Source of the DNA: Methanomicrobiales archaeon
GTDB lineage: Archaea; Halobacteriota; Methanomicrobia; Methanomicrobiales; Methanospirillaceae
NCBI GenBank assembly: GCA_037137755.1
Contig: JBAXJR010000001.1
Coordinates: forward strand, 64,001 to 128,000
Length of the DNA: 64,000 nt
Direction of reading: 5' to 3'
The notes beneath the pieces are model-generated. The model worked only from the letters and a program-made list of their open reading frames with translations. It did not search any database and had not been told where the DNA came from. Below, piece by piece: positions 46,273 through 55,185 of this stretch; positions within the stretch are counted from its first letter, which is position 1; each line of letters opens with the position of its first letter. Position numbers and translations under genes: made by a program.

Positions 46273-46344
46273 GGGCTGGTGGTAAAGTGGTATTACGCGC
46301 CCTTGGCATGGGCGAGGCCGCGGGTTCAATTCCCGCCCAGTCCA
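46273..46344 (+). tRNA. tRNA-Ala(GGC), intronless
   Basis: Acceptor GGGCTGG/CCAGTCC with G3:U70, anticodon arm CGCCC-TTGGCAT-GGGCG, T loop TTCAATT. Confidence 0.95.
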
Positions 46345-46420
46345 TTCTTTTTCCTTAAATTTTCAGTAGTTTGGGCATTATTTTTATAGGGTCATATGCA
46401 TAGGGTATGACTGAACAATC

Positions 46421-47050
46421 ATGCGCATCCGTGATTTGATACTCCCTGAAGATAGGGTGTTTTTTACCCTTTTTAAGGATATGGCAGGTAAAATCAGCGA
46501 AGCGTCAGCGGTGCTCAACGAGATCACGCATGAACTGCCAGGTGGAACGGAAAAAGGGCATAAAATCCGCCAACTGGAGCACCTTGCTGATGAAGTAACG
46601 CGGCAGATCTATGAAAAACTGAACGAATCCCTTATTACCCCCCTTGAGCCGGATGAAATTGCGCGGCTTGCCCCGGCGCTTGATGACGTGATGGACCGTA
46701 TTGACCGGGTCACGCACCAGATCTGTAATTATGGTATCCCGGGATCCAATGATCTCCTCAAGGAATTTTCCTACCTGATGACACTCTCGAGTACAGAGAT
46801 TTCACACGCAATCGATGACCTCGCGACCCTGAAAAAAGCAGATGAAGTTGCAAAGCATGCCAGCGAGACGAACCGCCTCTACAACCTCTCCACCGAACTG
46901 CTGTCACGGTCGGTGATCGAGTTGTTCAAGACTGATGACCTGCTCCTGATAATAAAACTCAAGGATATCTATGAAGGGATGGCAAGAGTCATGGAAATGT
47001 ATAACGATGTCGCCCATGTCCTGAGTGATATTGCGCGCAGTCATACCTGA
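46421..47050 (+). CDS. DUF47 (PhoU-like PiT accessory) protein, copy 1
   Basis: LEHLAD..LITPLEPDEI..LDDVMD. Confidence 0.88.
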   Translation: MRIRDLILPEDRVFFTLFKDMAGKISEASAVLNEITHELPGGTEKGHKIRQLEHLADEVTRQIYEKLNESLITPLEPDEIARLAPALDDVMDRIDRVTHQICNYGIPGSNDLLKEFSYLMTLSSTEISHAIDDLATLKKADEVAKHASETNRLYNLSTELLSRSVIELFKTDDLLLIIKLKDIYEGMARVMEMYNDVAHVLSDIARSHT

Positions 47051-47056
47051 GTCAGA

Positions 47057-48247
47057 ATGGAACCCTTCGTCCTGTTTGGGATTATCCTCGCGCTTGCCCT
47101 GAACTTTGTGAACGGGTTAAACGATGCATCGCATTCAATCGCGACGGTTGTTGCAACAAGGGCACTTACCCCGGTAAAAGCCGTTTTTTCAACAGCTGTA
47201 TGTAACCTTGTCGGACCTTTTTTGTTTTCCACCGCAGTAGCGGCTACTATCGGGACTGCCATTGTCAACGAAAATGGTCTGACTCCGTTATCCATCGTGG
47301 TCGCAATGGGTGCTGCCATTACGCTTGTTTTTGTTGCGACCCGGGCAGGAATCCCTATTTCAAGCAGCCATGCAATGGTAGGGGGCCTGCTTGGCTCAGC
47401 AATGGCGGTAGCCGGGCTGTCGGCCATTATCCTTCCCGGTTGGGACATGGTAATCCAGGTCGCCATTTATGGGTTAATAGGGGCCGTAATAGGTGCAATT
47501 ATTCTTGGCCTGGTAACCGCCACGTTCAACGAGGATGTCCGGATGGGTATCGTGCTCGGGGGAGTTTGCGGCTTTTCTTTGATGATCCCGTTCCTGATGC
47601 TTGCAGGTGTACTTAAAATCTCCGGGCTGTTTGCTATTGTCCTGTTTATCTTCATCTCCCCGGTGTTCGCAATGACCGCGGCCTTCATCTTCGATATTAT
47701 CATATCCCAGTTATTCAAACATTCGCGGCAGAACCGGATGAAACGAATATTCCAGCCCCTCCAGGTAGTTGCATGTTTCGCGCAGGCCACGGCTCACGGC
47801 GCCAATGACGGCCAGCATGCAGTCGGTATTATTACGGCCCTGCTGGTATCTGCAGGAGTCCTTGCATCATTTGATGTGCCGACATGGGTAATCCTCGCAT
47901 CGGCAATAGCAATCGCCCTTGGCACCTGTTTTGGAGGCTGGGAGGTAGTAGACAAAATGGCAAAAGGCATCACCAAAATCCGCCCCTACCAGGGTTTTTG
48001 TGCGGCGACGGTCAGCAGTGCTATCCTTGTCGGGGTGACTGAACAGGGAATTCCTGTCTCCTCAACCCATGCCATAAATGGTGCGATAATCGGGGTAGGT
48101 GCAACAAGGGGTAAAAATGCCGTGCAATGGAAGGTCGTGCGGGAGATGATGACAGCGTGGATTATCACGATACCGATTGCCGTAGTCTTCGCCTGGGCCG
48201 GATATTACGTCGTCGCTTTTTTGATCAGCTTACTTTTTTCCGGCTGA
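47057..48247 (+). CDS. PiT-family inorganic phosphate transporter, copy 1
   Basis: NGLNDASHSIAT, PISSSH, HGAND and PVSSTH motifs. Confidence 0.92.
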   Translation: MEPFVLFGIILALALNFVNGLNDASHSIATVVATRALTPVKAVFSTAVCNLVGPFLFSTAVAATIGTAIVNENGLTPLSIVVAMGAAITLVFVATRAGIPISSSHAMVGGLLGSAMAVAGLSAIILPGWDMVIQVAIYGLIGAVIGAIILGLVTATFNEDVRMGIVLGGVCGFSLMIPFLMLAGVLKISGLFAIVLFIFISPVFAMTAAFIFDIIISQLFKHSRQNRMKRIFQPLQVVACFAQATAHGANDGQHAVGIITALLVSAGVLASFDVPTWVILASAIAIALGTCFGGWEVVDKMAKGITKIRPYQGFCAATVSSAILVGVTEQGIPVSSTHAINGAIIGVGATRGKNAVQWKVVREMMTAWIITIPIAVVFAWAGYYVVAFLISLLFSG

Positions 48248-48299
48248 TAAAACCGCCATATTTTTTTACCTTCCCTATCCATTACCAGAATGGATCACT

Positions 48300-48929
48300 A
48301 TGGGTTTGCGCGAGTTACTGATTCCTCAGGATAAGATCTTTTTCGACCTTTTTGAGCGGCAGGTCGCGATTGTTACAGAAAGTGCCAATCAGCTGGTCGC
48401 GCTCACCGAGAATTTTACCAATGTGAAAGAAAAATGCCATGCAATAGAAATGCTGGAACACCAGGGTGACCAGGTCACCCATGATATCTACGAGACCCTC
48501 AACAAGACCTTCATCACCCCGCTGGACCCTGAGGAAATTTCCGGCCTTGCCTCAGCTCTTGATGACATACTGGACTATATTGATGGTTCGGCAGAGAAAA
48601 TGCTCTATTATGGAATTGAATCGACGGATTCCCATATTATCGAACTTTCAAAGCTGATACAACTCTCTGTAATTGAAATTGAAGGGGCTGTTAAAAGTAT
48701 CCGGGCAATTTCCACACCGAAATATATTGAAGCGCGATGTATTGAGGTAAATCGCCTTGAAAACCTGGCAGATGACGTACTGGCCCACGCAATTATGGAC
48801 CTGTTCAGGTCAAATGATGCGATTACCATCATCAAGTATAAAGATATTTATGAGCACCTTGAGACAGCGACGGACTATTGTGAAGATGTGGCAAACGTAC
48901 TTTCAGATATCGCAATACGACATTCTTAA
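48300..48929 (+). CDS. DUF47 protein, copy 2
   Basis: EHQGD, TFITPLDPEEI, ENLAD and ETATDYCEDVA motifs. Confidence 0.92.
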   Translation: MGLRELLIPQDKIFFDLFERQVAIVTESANQLVALTENFTNVKEKCHAIEMLEHQGDQVTHDIYETLNKTFITPLDPEEISGLASALDDILDYIDGSAEKMLYYGIESTDSHIIELSKLIQLSVIEIEGAVKSIRAISTPKYIEARCIEVNRLENLADDVLAHAIMDLFRSNDAITIIKYKDIYEHLETATDYCEDVANVLSDIAIRHS

Positions 48930-48958
48930 CGAAGCCGGATAAGTCACTGAGGAGAACA

Positions 48959-49987
48959 ATGATTCCAGCACCCGAAATTCTCATCCTGTTCATTATTTTC
49001 ATAGCCCTCGTTTTCGATTTTACAAACGGCTTTCATGACTCGGCAAATTCCATCTCCACGGTAGTCTCGACCAAGGTACTTTCACCGCGGAACGCGGTAG
49101 TGTTTGCAGCTTTTTTTAATTTCATCGCGGTCTTCGGGTTTGGGGTGGCCGTTGCAAACACCATAAGTAAAACGATAAATCTTGATTCTGTGCCAGCCGA
49201 TGTTATCCCCTGGATTATACTTTCGGCGCTTTGCGGAGCAATCATCTGGAATATCATCACATGGATTATCGGTCTTCCCACTTCCTCGTCCCACGCCCTT
49301 ATTGGTGGCCTGATGGGGGCGGGCCTTTCTGCAGCCGGGATAGCTGCTATCCATTGGTCGACTATCGGACTGGTCGTGGCTTTTATGATCCTCTCCCCGC
49401 TGATTGGTCTTACCGTTGGGTTTGCATTTATGGCGATAGTCCTTTGGTTTACGCGATCAGTCCATAAAATGACCGCAGATAGTTACTTTAAAAAATTGCA
49501 GCTCTGTTCCGCAGCGGCATACAGCTTTTCACATGGGACCAACGATGCCCAGAAGACCATGGGGATTATTACACCCCTATTGTTCAGTATCGGGTACTAT
49601 GGGGCCACTGCAAATCCGGAATCCCTGCCGGTCCCGCTCTGGGTCATTTTGATTTGTTATACTGCAATTGCCCTTGGCACGCTTTCAGGCGGGTGGCGGA
49701 TCGTAAAAACCATGGGTTACAAAATTACACGCCTCCGGCCGGTACACGGTTTCGCTTCTGAAACAGCAAGCGCAGGGACAATTATCGGGGCTTCCATGCT
49801 TGGGATCCCGGTAAGTACTACACAGGTAATATGTGCATCCATTATGGGTGTGGGGTCGACGACAGGGTCAAGCGTTGTAAAATGGGGTGTGGCACGGAGC
49901 ATCATGTGGGCATGGATTTTTACCATTCCGATCAGTGCCGTTATCGGGTTCCTCGTATTCTACGGGCTCCGTATTGTTGCGAGCTAA
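48959..49987 (+). CDS. PiT-family inorganic phosphate transporter, copy 2
   Basis: NGFHDSANSIST, PTSSSH, HGTNDAQK and PVSTT motifs. Confidence 0.93.
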   Translation: MIPAPEILILFIIFIALVFDFTNGFHDSANSISTVVSTKVLSPRNAVVFAAFFNFIAVFGFGVAVANTISKTINLDSVPADVIPWIILSALCGAIIWNIITWIIGLPTSSSHALIGGLMGAGLSAAGIAAIHWSTIGLVVAFMILSPLIGLTVGFAFMAIVLWFTRSVHKMTADSYFKKLQLCSAAAYSFSHGTNDAQKTMGIITPLLFSIGYYGATANPESLPVPLWVILICYTAIALGTLSGGWRIVKTMGYKITRLRPVHGFASETASAGTIIGASMLGIPVSTTQVICASIMGVGSTTGSSVVKWGVARSIMWAWIFTIPISAVIGFLVFYGLRIVAS

Positions 49988-50088
49988 AAAGAAGTTTCAC
50001 CCGGGTCAGAGCTTTTTTTACACCAGGGTCTGGTTAGTTATTCCGAGAATGATCCCGGTAGTGATGCCTGGTATTCCGGCATCCAGGG

Positions 50089-50733
50089 TTATTTTAAAAC
50101 AGACTCGCTGTAATACCCGCAGCACCGCCTTATGGAGCATACCTGGCACTTTGGTCGCCTCGCAATGCAGATTTTCCGGCCGTGGCTGATCATGAGGTCA
50201 GTAAGTTTTCCCCATTTTTCTTTTGGGAACAGGGCCATGAGGTCCTGCTCAACACCTGCCGCATCGCTGTTACCTGAAAATCCAATGAGTTGCGATAGCC
50301 TGAGTACATGGGTATCAACCGCTATCCCCACCTTTTTCCCGAATGAATGGTAGAGGACGATATTTGCGGTTTTTCGCCCTACCCCCGGTATCCGGAGCAA
50401 AAGGTCCATCGTGTCTGGCACATTGCCACCATATTCCCGTACGAGCATTGCGGACGCATCGATGATGCGACGCGCTTTCATATGGAAAAACCCTGTCTTG
50501 TGGATGATCATCTCAACTACTTCAACAGGGGCTTCTGCCAGTGCGCCAGGTGTCGGATACCTTGTGAACAGTGGTCCAATCACCTCGTCTACGGACTTAT
50601 CAGTAGTCTGCGCGGACAGGATCGTTGCAATGAGTGATTCAAATGGCGGTGCACCAGCACGGTGATGGGTACTTGCCTCAGGGTATTCAGAATCAAGGAT
50701 GTTGTAAGCGTCCCTGGCAGTTTTCCGGTCCAT
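50089..50733 (-). CDS. nth: Endonuclease III
   Basis: LSAQTTD, PGVGRKTAN, AVDTH and Fe-S cluster CX6CX2CX5C motifs. Confidence 0.94.
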   Translation of the reverse strand: MDRKTARDAYNILDSEYPEASTHHRAGAPPFESLIATILSAQTTDKSVDEVIGPLFTRYPTPGALAEAPVEVVEMIIHKTGFFHMKARRIIDASAMLVREYGGNVPDTMDLLLRIPGVGRKTANIVLYHSFGKKVGIAVDTHVLRLSQLIGFSGNSDAAGVEQDLMALFPKEKWGKLTDLMISHGRKICIARRPKCQVCSIRRCCGYYSESVLK

Positions 50734-50770
50734 ATACGACTCCAGAATAATTAAAAAAATCTAAGGAGAA

Positions 50771-50845
50771 TGGGGTAGGGCGGATTCGAACCGCCGTCAA
50801 AGCGTCCCAAACGCTCTAGGATGGACCAGGCTACCCTACTACCCC
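50771..50845 (-). tRNA. tRNA-Pro(TGG)
   Basis: Reverse complement GGGGTAG..GAGCG-TTTGGGA-CGCTT..GGTTCGAATCC..CTACCCCA. Confidence 0.95.
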
Positions 50846-50909
50846 GGGTACTGGATTTACAGGTGTGACGGGAGTGGTCAAATAATTACCGGTTTTTTTC
50901 TCCTCCGGA

Positions 50910-51617
50910 TCAAAGTGGGAGTAGTAGTGTATTCTGCTCATTACTAACGATGGTCCCGTCAAACTGTCCTGAAATTATTGCATCAGACAGGTTTTTCGGC
51001 TTCCTGCCGTCAAGGACGAGAAGGGGAATGCCGCTCCTCTGGATGATCTTCACGGCGATTGCATCCATTACGGTATTTGAACCGGCATTCAACCTGCATC
51101 CCCCTACAACCTCCGCAAGCCCGTCCGGGGTAAGGTGGGAATACCGGGTAGCAGATGCATCAGATTTCGGGTCCGCGTTATAAATACCATCCACTGATGT
51201 CAGGTTGACAAGGATGTCGGCCCCCGTTCGCTCAGCAAGCACCGCGGCTACCGCGTCGGTAGTCTGGGCAGGTGTGACCCCGCCCATGACGACAATCCTT
51301 CCCGATACCCCATATTCCAATGCAGTTGTCTGGTCCTCCGCAACGCCGGGATACGCAGAGTCCCCAAGTGCGGCAATGAGCAGCGTTGCGTTGAGTCGTG
51401 TCACCAGGATGCCAATCTCGTCGCATGTGCCCTCATCAACACTAAGGGACCTCATCGCATCAATATACTTCCTCGCTTCCCCCCCGCCACCTACTACGAC
51501 AAAAATCCTGTGTTTTTCTGAAACCTGCCTGAGGACAGCCGCGTACTCTGAAATTCGGTTCTCGGAAAGGTTTGGTACAAGCACAGAACCTCCAAGGGAG
51601 ATGACAAGGGATTTCAT
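50910..51617 (-). CDS. pyrH: Uridylate kinase (archaeal type)
   Basis: SLGGS, VVGGGGEAR, TTDAVAA and DGIYNADP motifs. Confidence 0.94.
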   Translation of the reverse strand: MKSLVISLGGSVLVPNLSENRISEYAAVLRQVSEKHRIFVVVGGGGEARKYIDAMRSLSVDEGTCDEIGILVTRLNATLLIAALGDSAYPGVAEDQTTALEYGVSGRIVVMGGVTPAQTTDAVAAVLAERTGADILVNLTSVDGIYNADPKSDASATRYSHLTPDGLAEVVGGCRLNAGSNTVMDAIAVKIIQRSGIPLLVLDGRKPKNLSDAIISGQFDGTIVSNEQNTLLLPL

Positions 51618-51744
51618 TTCGTACAGATGGGGATATGGGAGATATTAACCTGATTGTTTTCCCGGGAATATCCTGTCCATAAAATGGCGTCCGGATGGTC
51701 CTGATCACGAGGCATTATAGCCATGCGTGATAGAACAAGGATCA

Positions 51745-51933
51745 ATGATACTATGCTGCCCGGAATGTCAGAGTACTGAGGTATACGAGGTAGCCGGCGG
51801 GTATGTCGGGCAGGTCTACCGCTGCAAGAAATGTGGGTACCGCGGCTCATTTGTCCTTGAAATTGATGAAGCGGAACTATTGACCTTACAAGGTGACCTA
51901 CCTGACAATGTCCGGAATGACTCAGTTAACTGA
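51745..51933 (+). CDS. Small CPxC/CxxCG zinc-ribbon protein
   Basis: CPECQS..GG..G.VYRCKKCGYRG. Confidence 0.8.
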   Translation: MILCCPECQSTEVYEVAGGYVGQVYRCKKCGYRGSFVLEIDEAELLTLQGDLPDNVRNDSVN

Positions 51934-51950
51934 TCCAGCCTGCATAAGGG

Positions 51951-52991
51951 GTGGTAAGGATGCCAATGCATGAAGCTGCCCTCTACGAAAAATTACCCGA
52001 TCTCACCGTACGTTGTTTAGTCTGTCATAACCGCTGCACGATTAAAGAGGGAAAGAGCGGGGTTTGTTCTGTCAGGGTTAACAAAAAAGGTTCGCTGTAT
52101 TCCACTACCTATGGACTCATCACGGCAGAAGCCATTGACCCGATAGAGAAGAAACCGCTCTACCACTTCCTGCCAGGTACGCGCTGCTATTCACTTGGCG
52201 GGATCGGTTGCAATTTCCATTGTGAGCACTGCCAGAACTGGCACATTTCAAGGGCAACCGGTGACATGGTCCGGATGACGGGGCTAAGCCCCGCTGACGG
52301 TGTTGCTCACGCTGTCCGGCAGGGGTGCAGGAGTATTGCGTGGACCTATAATGAGCCCACTATCTGGCATGAATATGCACGGGATATGGGGCAACTTGCA
52401 AGGATGAACCGGCTGGGCACCGTATATGTAACAAACGGGTATATCACCGAGGAGGCGCTCCGGGATCTCTCCCCTGTACTGAATGCATACCGTGTTGATA
52501 TCAAATCATTTTCTGATGATTTTTACCGGAAAATATGCGGAGGCAGACTTGAACCTGTACTCAATTCGACGATTATTGCCAGGGAACTTGGAATGCATGT
52601 CGAGATTGTGACACTGATCATCCCCGGGTTAAACGATAGCCCGGAGGAGATTGATGCTCTTATCAAATGGGTCATCGAGTACCCGGGCCCCGCTACACCT
52701 GTCCATTTCACCCGGTTCCACCCTGATTACCACATGACGGATCGTGCTGCCACACCCGTAGCAACACTGGAAAAAATTTACCACCGGGCAAAAGATCTGG
52801 GGCTCCGGTTTCCCTATCTTGGCAATGTCTCACCCCACCCCTTCGAAAATACCTACTGTCCGCGTTGCGGTGAACTGCTGATAGAAAGGGCAGGATATGA
52901 AATTTCCATCAGGAACCTCCACAAACACAGCTGCGGGAGATGTGGTGAGGTAATAGAAATTGTCACGGACGTTGAAACAAAACAGGGCTGA
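51951..52991 (+). CDS. amrS: AmmeMemoRadiSam system radical SAM enzyme
   Basis: DPIEKKPLYHF, CNFHCEHCQNW, YNEPT, RFHP and NTYCPRCG motifs. Confidence 0.92.
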   Translation: MVRMPMHEAALYEKLPDLTVRCLVCHNRCTIKEGKSGVCSVRVNKKGSLYSTTYGLITAEAIDPIEKKPLYHFLPGTRCYSLGGIGCNFHCEHCQNWHISRATGDMVRMTGLSPADGVAHAVRQGCRSIAWTYNEPTIWHEYARDMGQLARMNRLGTVYVTNGYITEEALRDLSPVLNAYRVDIKSFSDDFYRKICGGRLEPVLNSTIIARELGMHVEIVTLIIPGLNDSPEEIDALIKWVIEYPGPATPVHFTRFHPDYHMTDRAATPVATLEKIYHRAKDLGLRFPYLGNVSPHPFENTYCPRCGELLIERAGYEISIRNLHKHSCGRCGEVIEIVTDVETKQG

Positions 52992-53487
52992 AAACCGGTT
53001 TCTCACTGACCGCATGCTTGGCACCCTCGGCAGGTACCTCCGTTTTATGGGGTATGATACAATGAGTGCCAACAGTATCACTCCTGGGAATTCACGGGAA
53101 GACACGCTCCTGCTTGGGATCGCAATGCGTGAGGAGAGGTTCCTCCTTACCCGTGACAGGGAACTTGCCAAGCGGGGTGGTAAACAGGCAGTCCTCATTT
53201 GCCCGGTGGGTATAATCCCTCAACTGCAGGAGCTCATTGATCTCGGGCTGGTGAAACCTGGGATTGCATTGACCCGGTGCTCCCTGTGTAACAAAAAACT
53301 GAGGCGTGCCAAGGAGAAGGAGATCCTATGCACGTGTTACGCGCCGGAACAGCATGAGAACCTTAAATTTTTCTGGTGTGTGCATTGCAGGAAGTTGTAC
53401 TGGGCTGGCTCCCATGCAAAAGACCTTGCTGACCGGTTAAAAAAAGGGTTAAGGATTCCCCTTGTATCAGGAGGATGCCGGCGTTGA
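52960..53487 (+). CDS. Mut7-C (PIN-like RNase plus Zn ribbon) domain protein
   Basis: FLTDRMLGTLGRYLRFMGYD, LLTRD, RCSLCN and C..C.KLYW.GSH motifs. Confidence 0.9.
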   Translation: MSRTLKQNRAENRFLTDRMLGTLGRYLRFMGYDTMSANSITPGNSREDTLLLGIAMREERFLLTRDRELAKRGGKQAVLICPVGIIPQLQELIDLGLVKPGIALTRCSLCNKKLRRAKEKEILCTCYAPEQHENLKFFWCVHCRKLYWAGSHAKDLADRLKKGLRIPLVSGGCRR

Positions 53488-53886
53488 TTGTGCTGCAACC
53501 TGGCTCCCGGCAGGGCGTTTAAGCCAGAGCAGGTCTTTCCCCTCGTAACGGAATGATCGCATGAAAATAACCTTCACGTCATCAGGAAGTCCTGATACAT
53601 CAGTCCCCTGTGGAACTAACAGGCAGGCATACCATGTACCTTTTTTTGCGGCGGGTGTTGTACCTCCTTCGTTCAGGGCAGCAACCAACCCAGGTCCGAC
53701 AATTCTCCCGAACGTTGCGCCAACTGTGGCAACCTGGTTCGATCCCCGTCTTCTTGATATTGAGAATATTTCATCGTTCCCAACCTGATTATGGGCCTCT
53801 GAAATAACCCATCCTTCACTTGCCGGGTAGTTTCGTTTCAATTCCTTTTGCACGATGTCGTGCATAATGTCACCAGAATATCCCAT
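53467..53886 (-). CDS. Hypothetical protein
   Basis: Protein-like ORF; GGTGA RBS upstream of ATG 53886 (MGYSGD). Confidence 0.7.
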   Translation of the reverse strand: MGYSGDIMHDIVQKELKRNYPASEGWVISEAHNQVGNDEIFSISRRRGSNQVATVGATFGRIVGPGLVAALNEGGTTPAAKKGTWYACLLVPQGTDVSGLPDDVKVIFMRSFRYEGKDLLWLKRPAGSQVAAQSTPASS

Positions 53887-54316
53887 TGAATAATCACCTA
53901 ACACAAATTGCATCATGGATAGTTAAACATTTTTTCCTTTTCAATGGTAAAAAACGTGCGCGACAGTAGTTTATTTTAATAAAAATCAATGATTAGATAA
54001 ATCCGACGAAGTTATCCGGTGCGTTGTCAGCGCTCTTTCCAGCGCACCGTTTTATAGCAATGATTATAGTGCTGCGATTCCGGGATATGAATATAGACTC
54101 ATGCAACAAAAAAATAGCAGGTCTATTGCAGAATATGAGATCCTTATTTGTCTGATTTAGAACATTTGGAATTTTCATCACCTGGCGACGGGATTGGTAT
54201 AAACCCCTGGTCCGAAAAAAGTACCTATTTTTTGTTGTAAATCCACGGCACACCATACAGGATTAAAAATAACCTAAAATAGGAATCTTTTTCGCTCATG
54301 GTACTAATGCACTGGT

Positions 54317-54658
54317 ATGGTTAAATGCCGCGAAAAGGGTTTTTATCCTCCTGATGATGGCAGGGATAAACAACGGATTTTCACTAACGTGCAGCAAAAA
54401 GAAATTTTGTACCAACAAAATAATTTATGCGCTGGGGAGTATTGCAAGTATAAACCTCTTGACCTTCGTATTGTTCAATATCACCATGCTGAGGGCTGGG
54501 CAGCGCGGGGCAGAACAAAAATTCAAAATGGTATCGCAGTTTGTCCTAATTGCCATGCATTGATTCATTATTATGAAAAATTGGAGATACAGGAACGGGA
54601 CGAAGACGAAAACGGCGGCGATGTGGAGGAAGACCGCGATCCGATGGCGCAGGTATAG
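54317..54658 (+). CDS. Stand-alone HNH endonuclease-domain protein
   Basis: C....C..HH...GRT...N..VCPNCH..H motif; acidic tail; AT-rich context. Confidence 0.8.
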   Translation: MVKCREKGFYPPDDGRDKQRIFTNVQQKEILYQQNNLCAGEYCKYKPLDLRIVQYHHAEGWAARGRTKIQNGIAVCPNCHALIHYYEKLEIQERDEDENGGDVEEDRDPMAQV

Positions 54659-54757
54659 TAAATTGAGAGATCTGGTAGTGTCAGGGGGAATATTCTGGTC
54701 GTTACGACAGTATCCATGATGGGAATTTTCGGGTCTTATTGATCGTTGTGATGGACC

Positions 54758-54788
54758 AGATCCGACCGGATCTTGTTTTTAGTTTTTA
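54758..54788 (+). terminator. Possible terminator after the HNH gene
   Basis: AGATCCG/CGGATCT inverted repeat followed by TGTTTTTAGTTTTT. Confidence 0.4.
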
Positions 54789-55185
54789 TCGGATTAACTT
54801 TGATTGAGTGATCTTGTGGGATCGACTAGAATAATTCCATTTTCATTCACACAGGTTAAGCTCCGCAGTGATGCGGTTCCTCATGCTTGTTGATAGTCAT
54901 CTTTTTCAGCGAGCCACAAATTTGACAATACCCCTTAAGAGGAGGATATAATTTACCCCTCCCGGGCATAACATCTCTGCATGCGATCGTTGCACCAGGG
55001 ACATTTACTGGTGTGTGACTTTGGCCAGTCATACCAAGGCTGAGTAAATCATAAGGCAACATATACTCTCTTAAATGGCCCCTTTTTCCCGAAAGGAAGA
55101 GAAAGTCAACGATATGAACAAAGTCATTTAATAGTTATCTCATGCTATAAATTGTAATCAGGTAAATCAGGGGAAGAGGGACAGG

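Noticed and set aside
46176-46344. Split or cis-spliced chimera joining the ghost 5' half to the 3' half of the intact tRNA
   Set aside because: Acceptor pairing GGGCCGA/CCAGTCC has two mismatches, U8/A14 are lost, and I found no second BHB.
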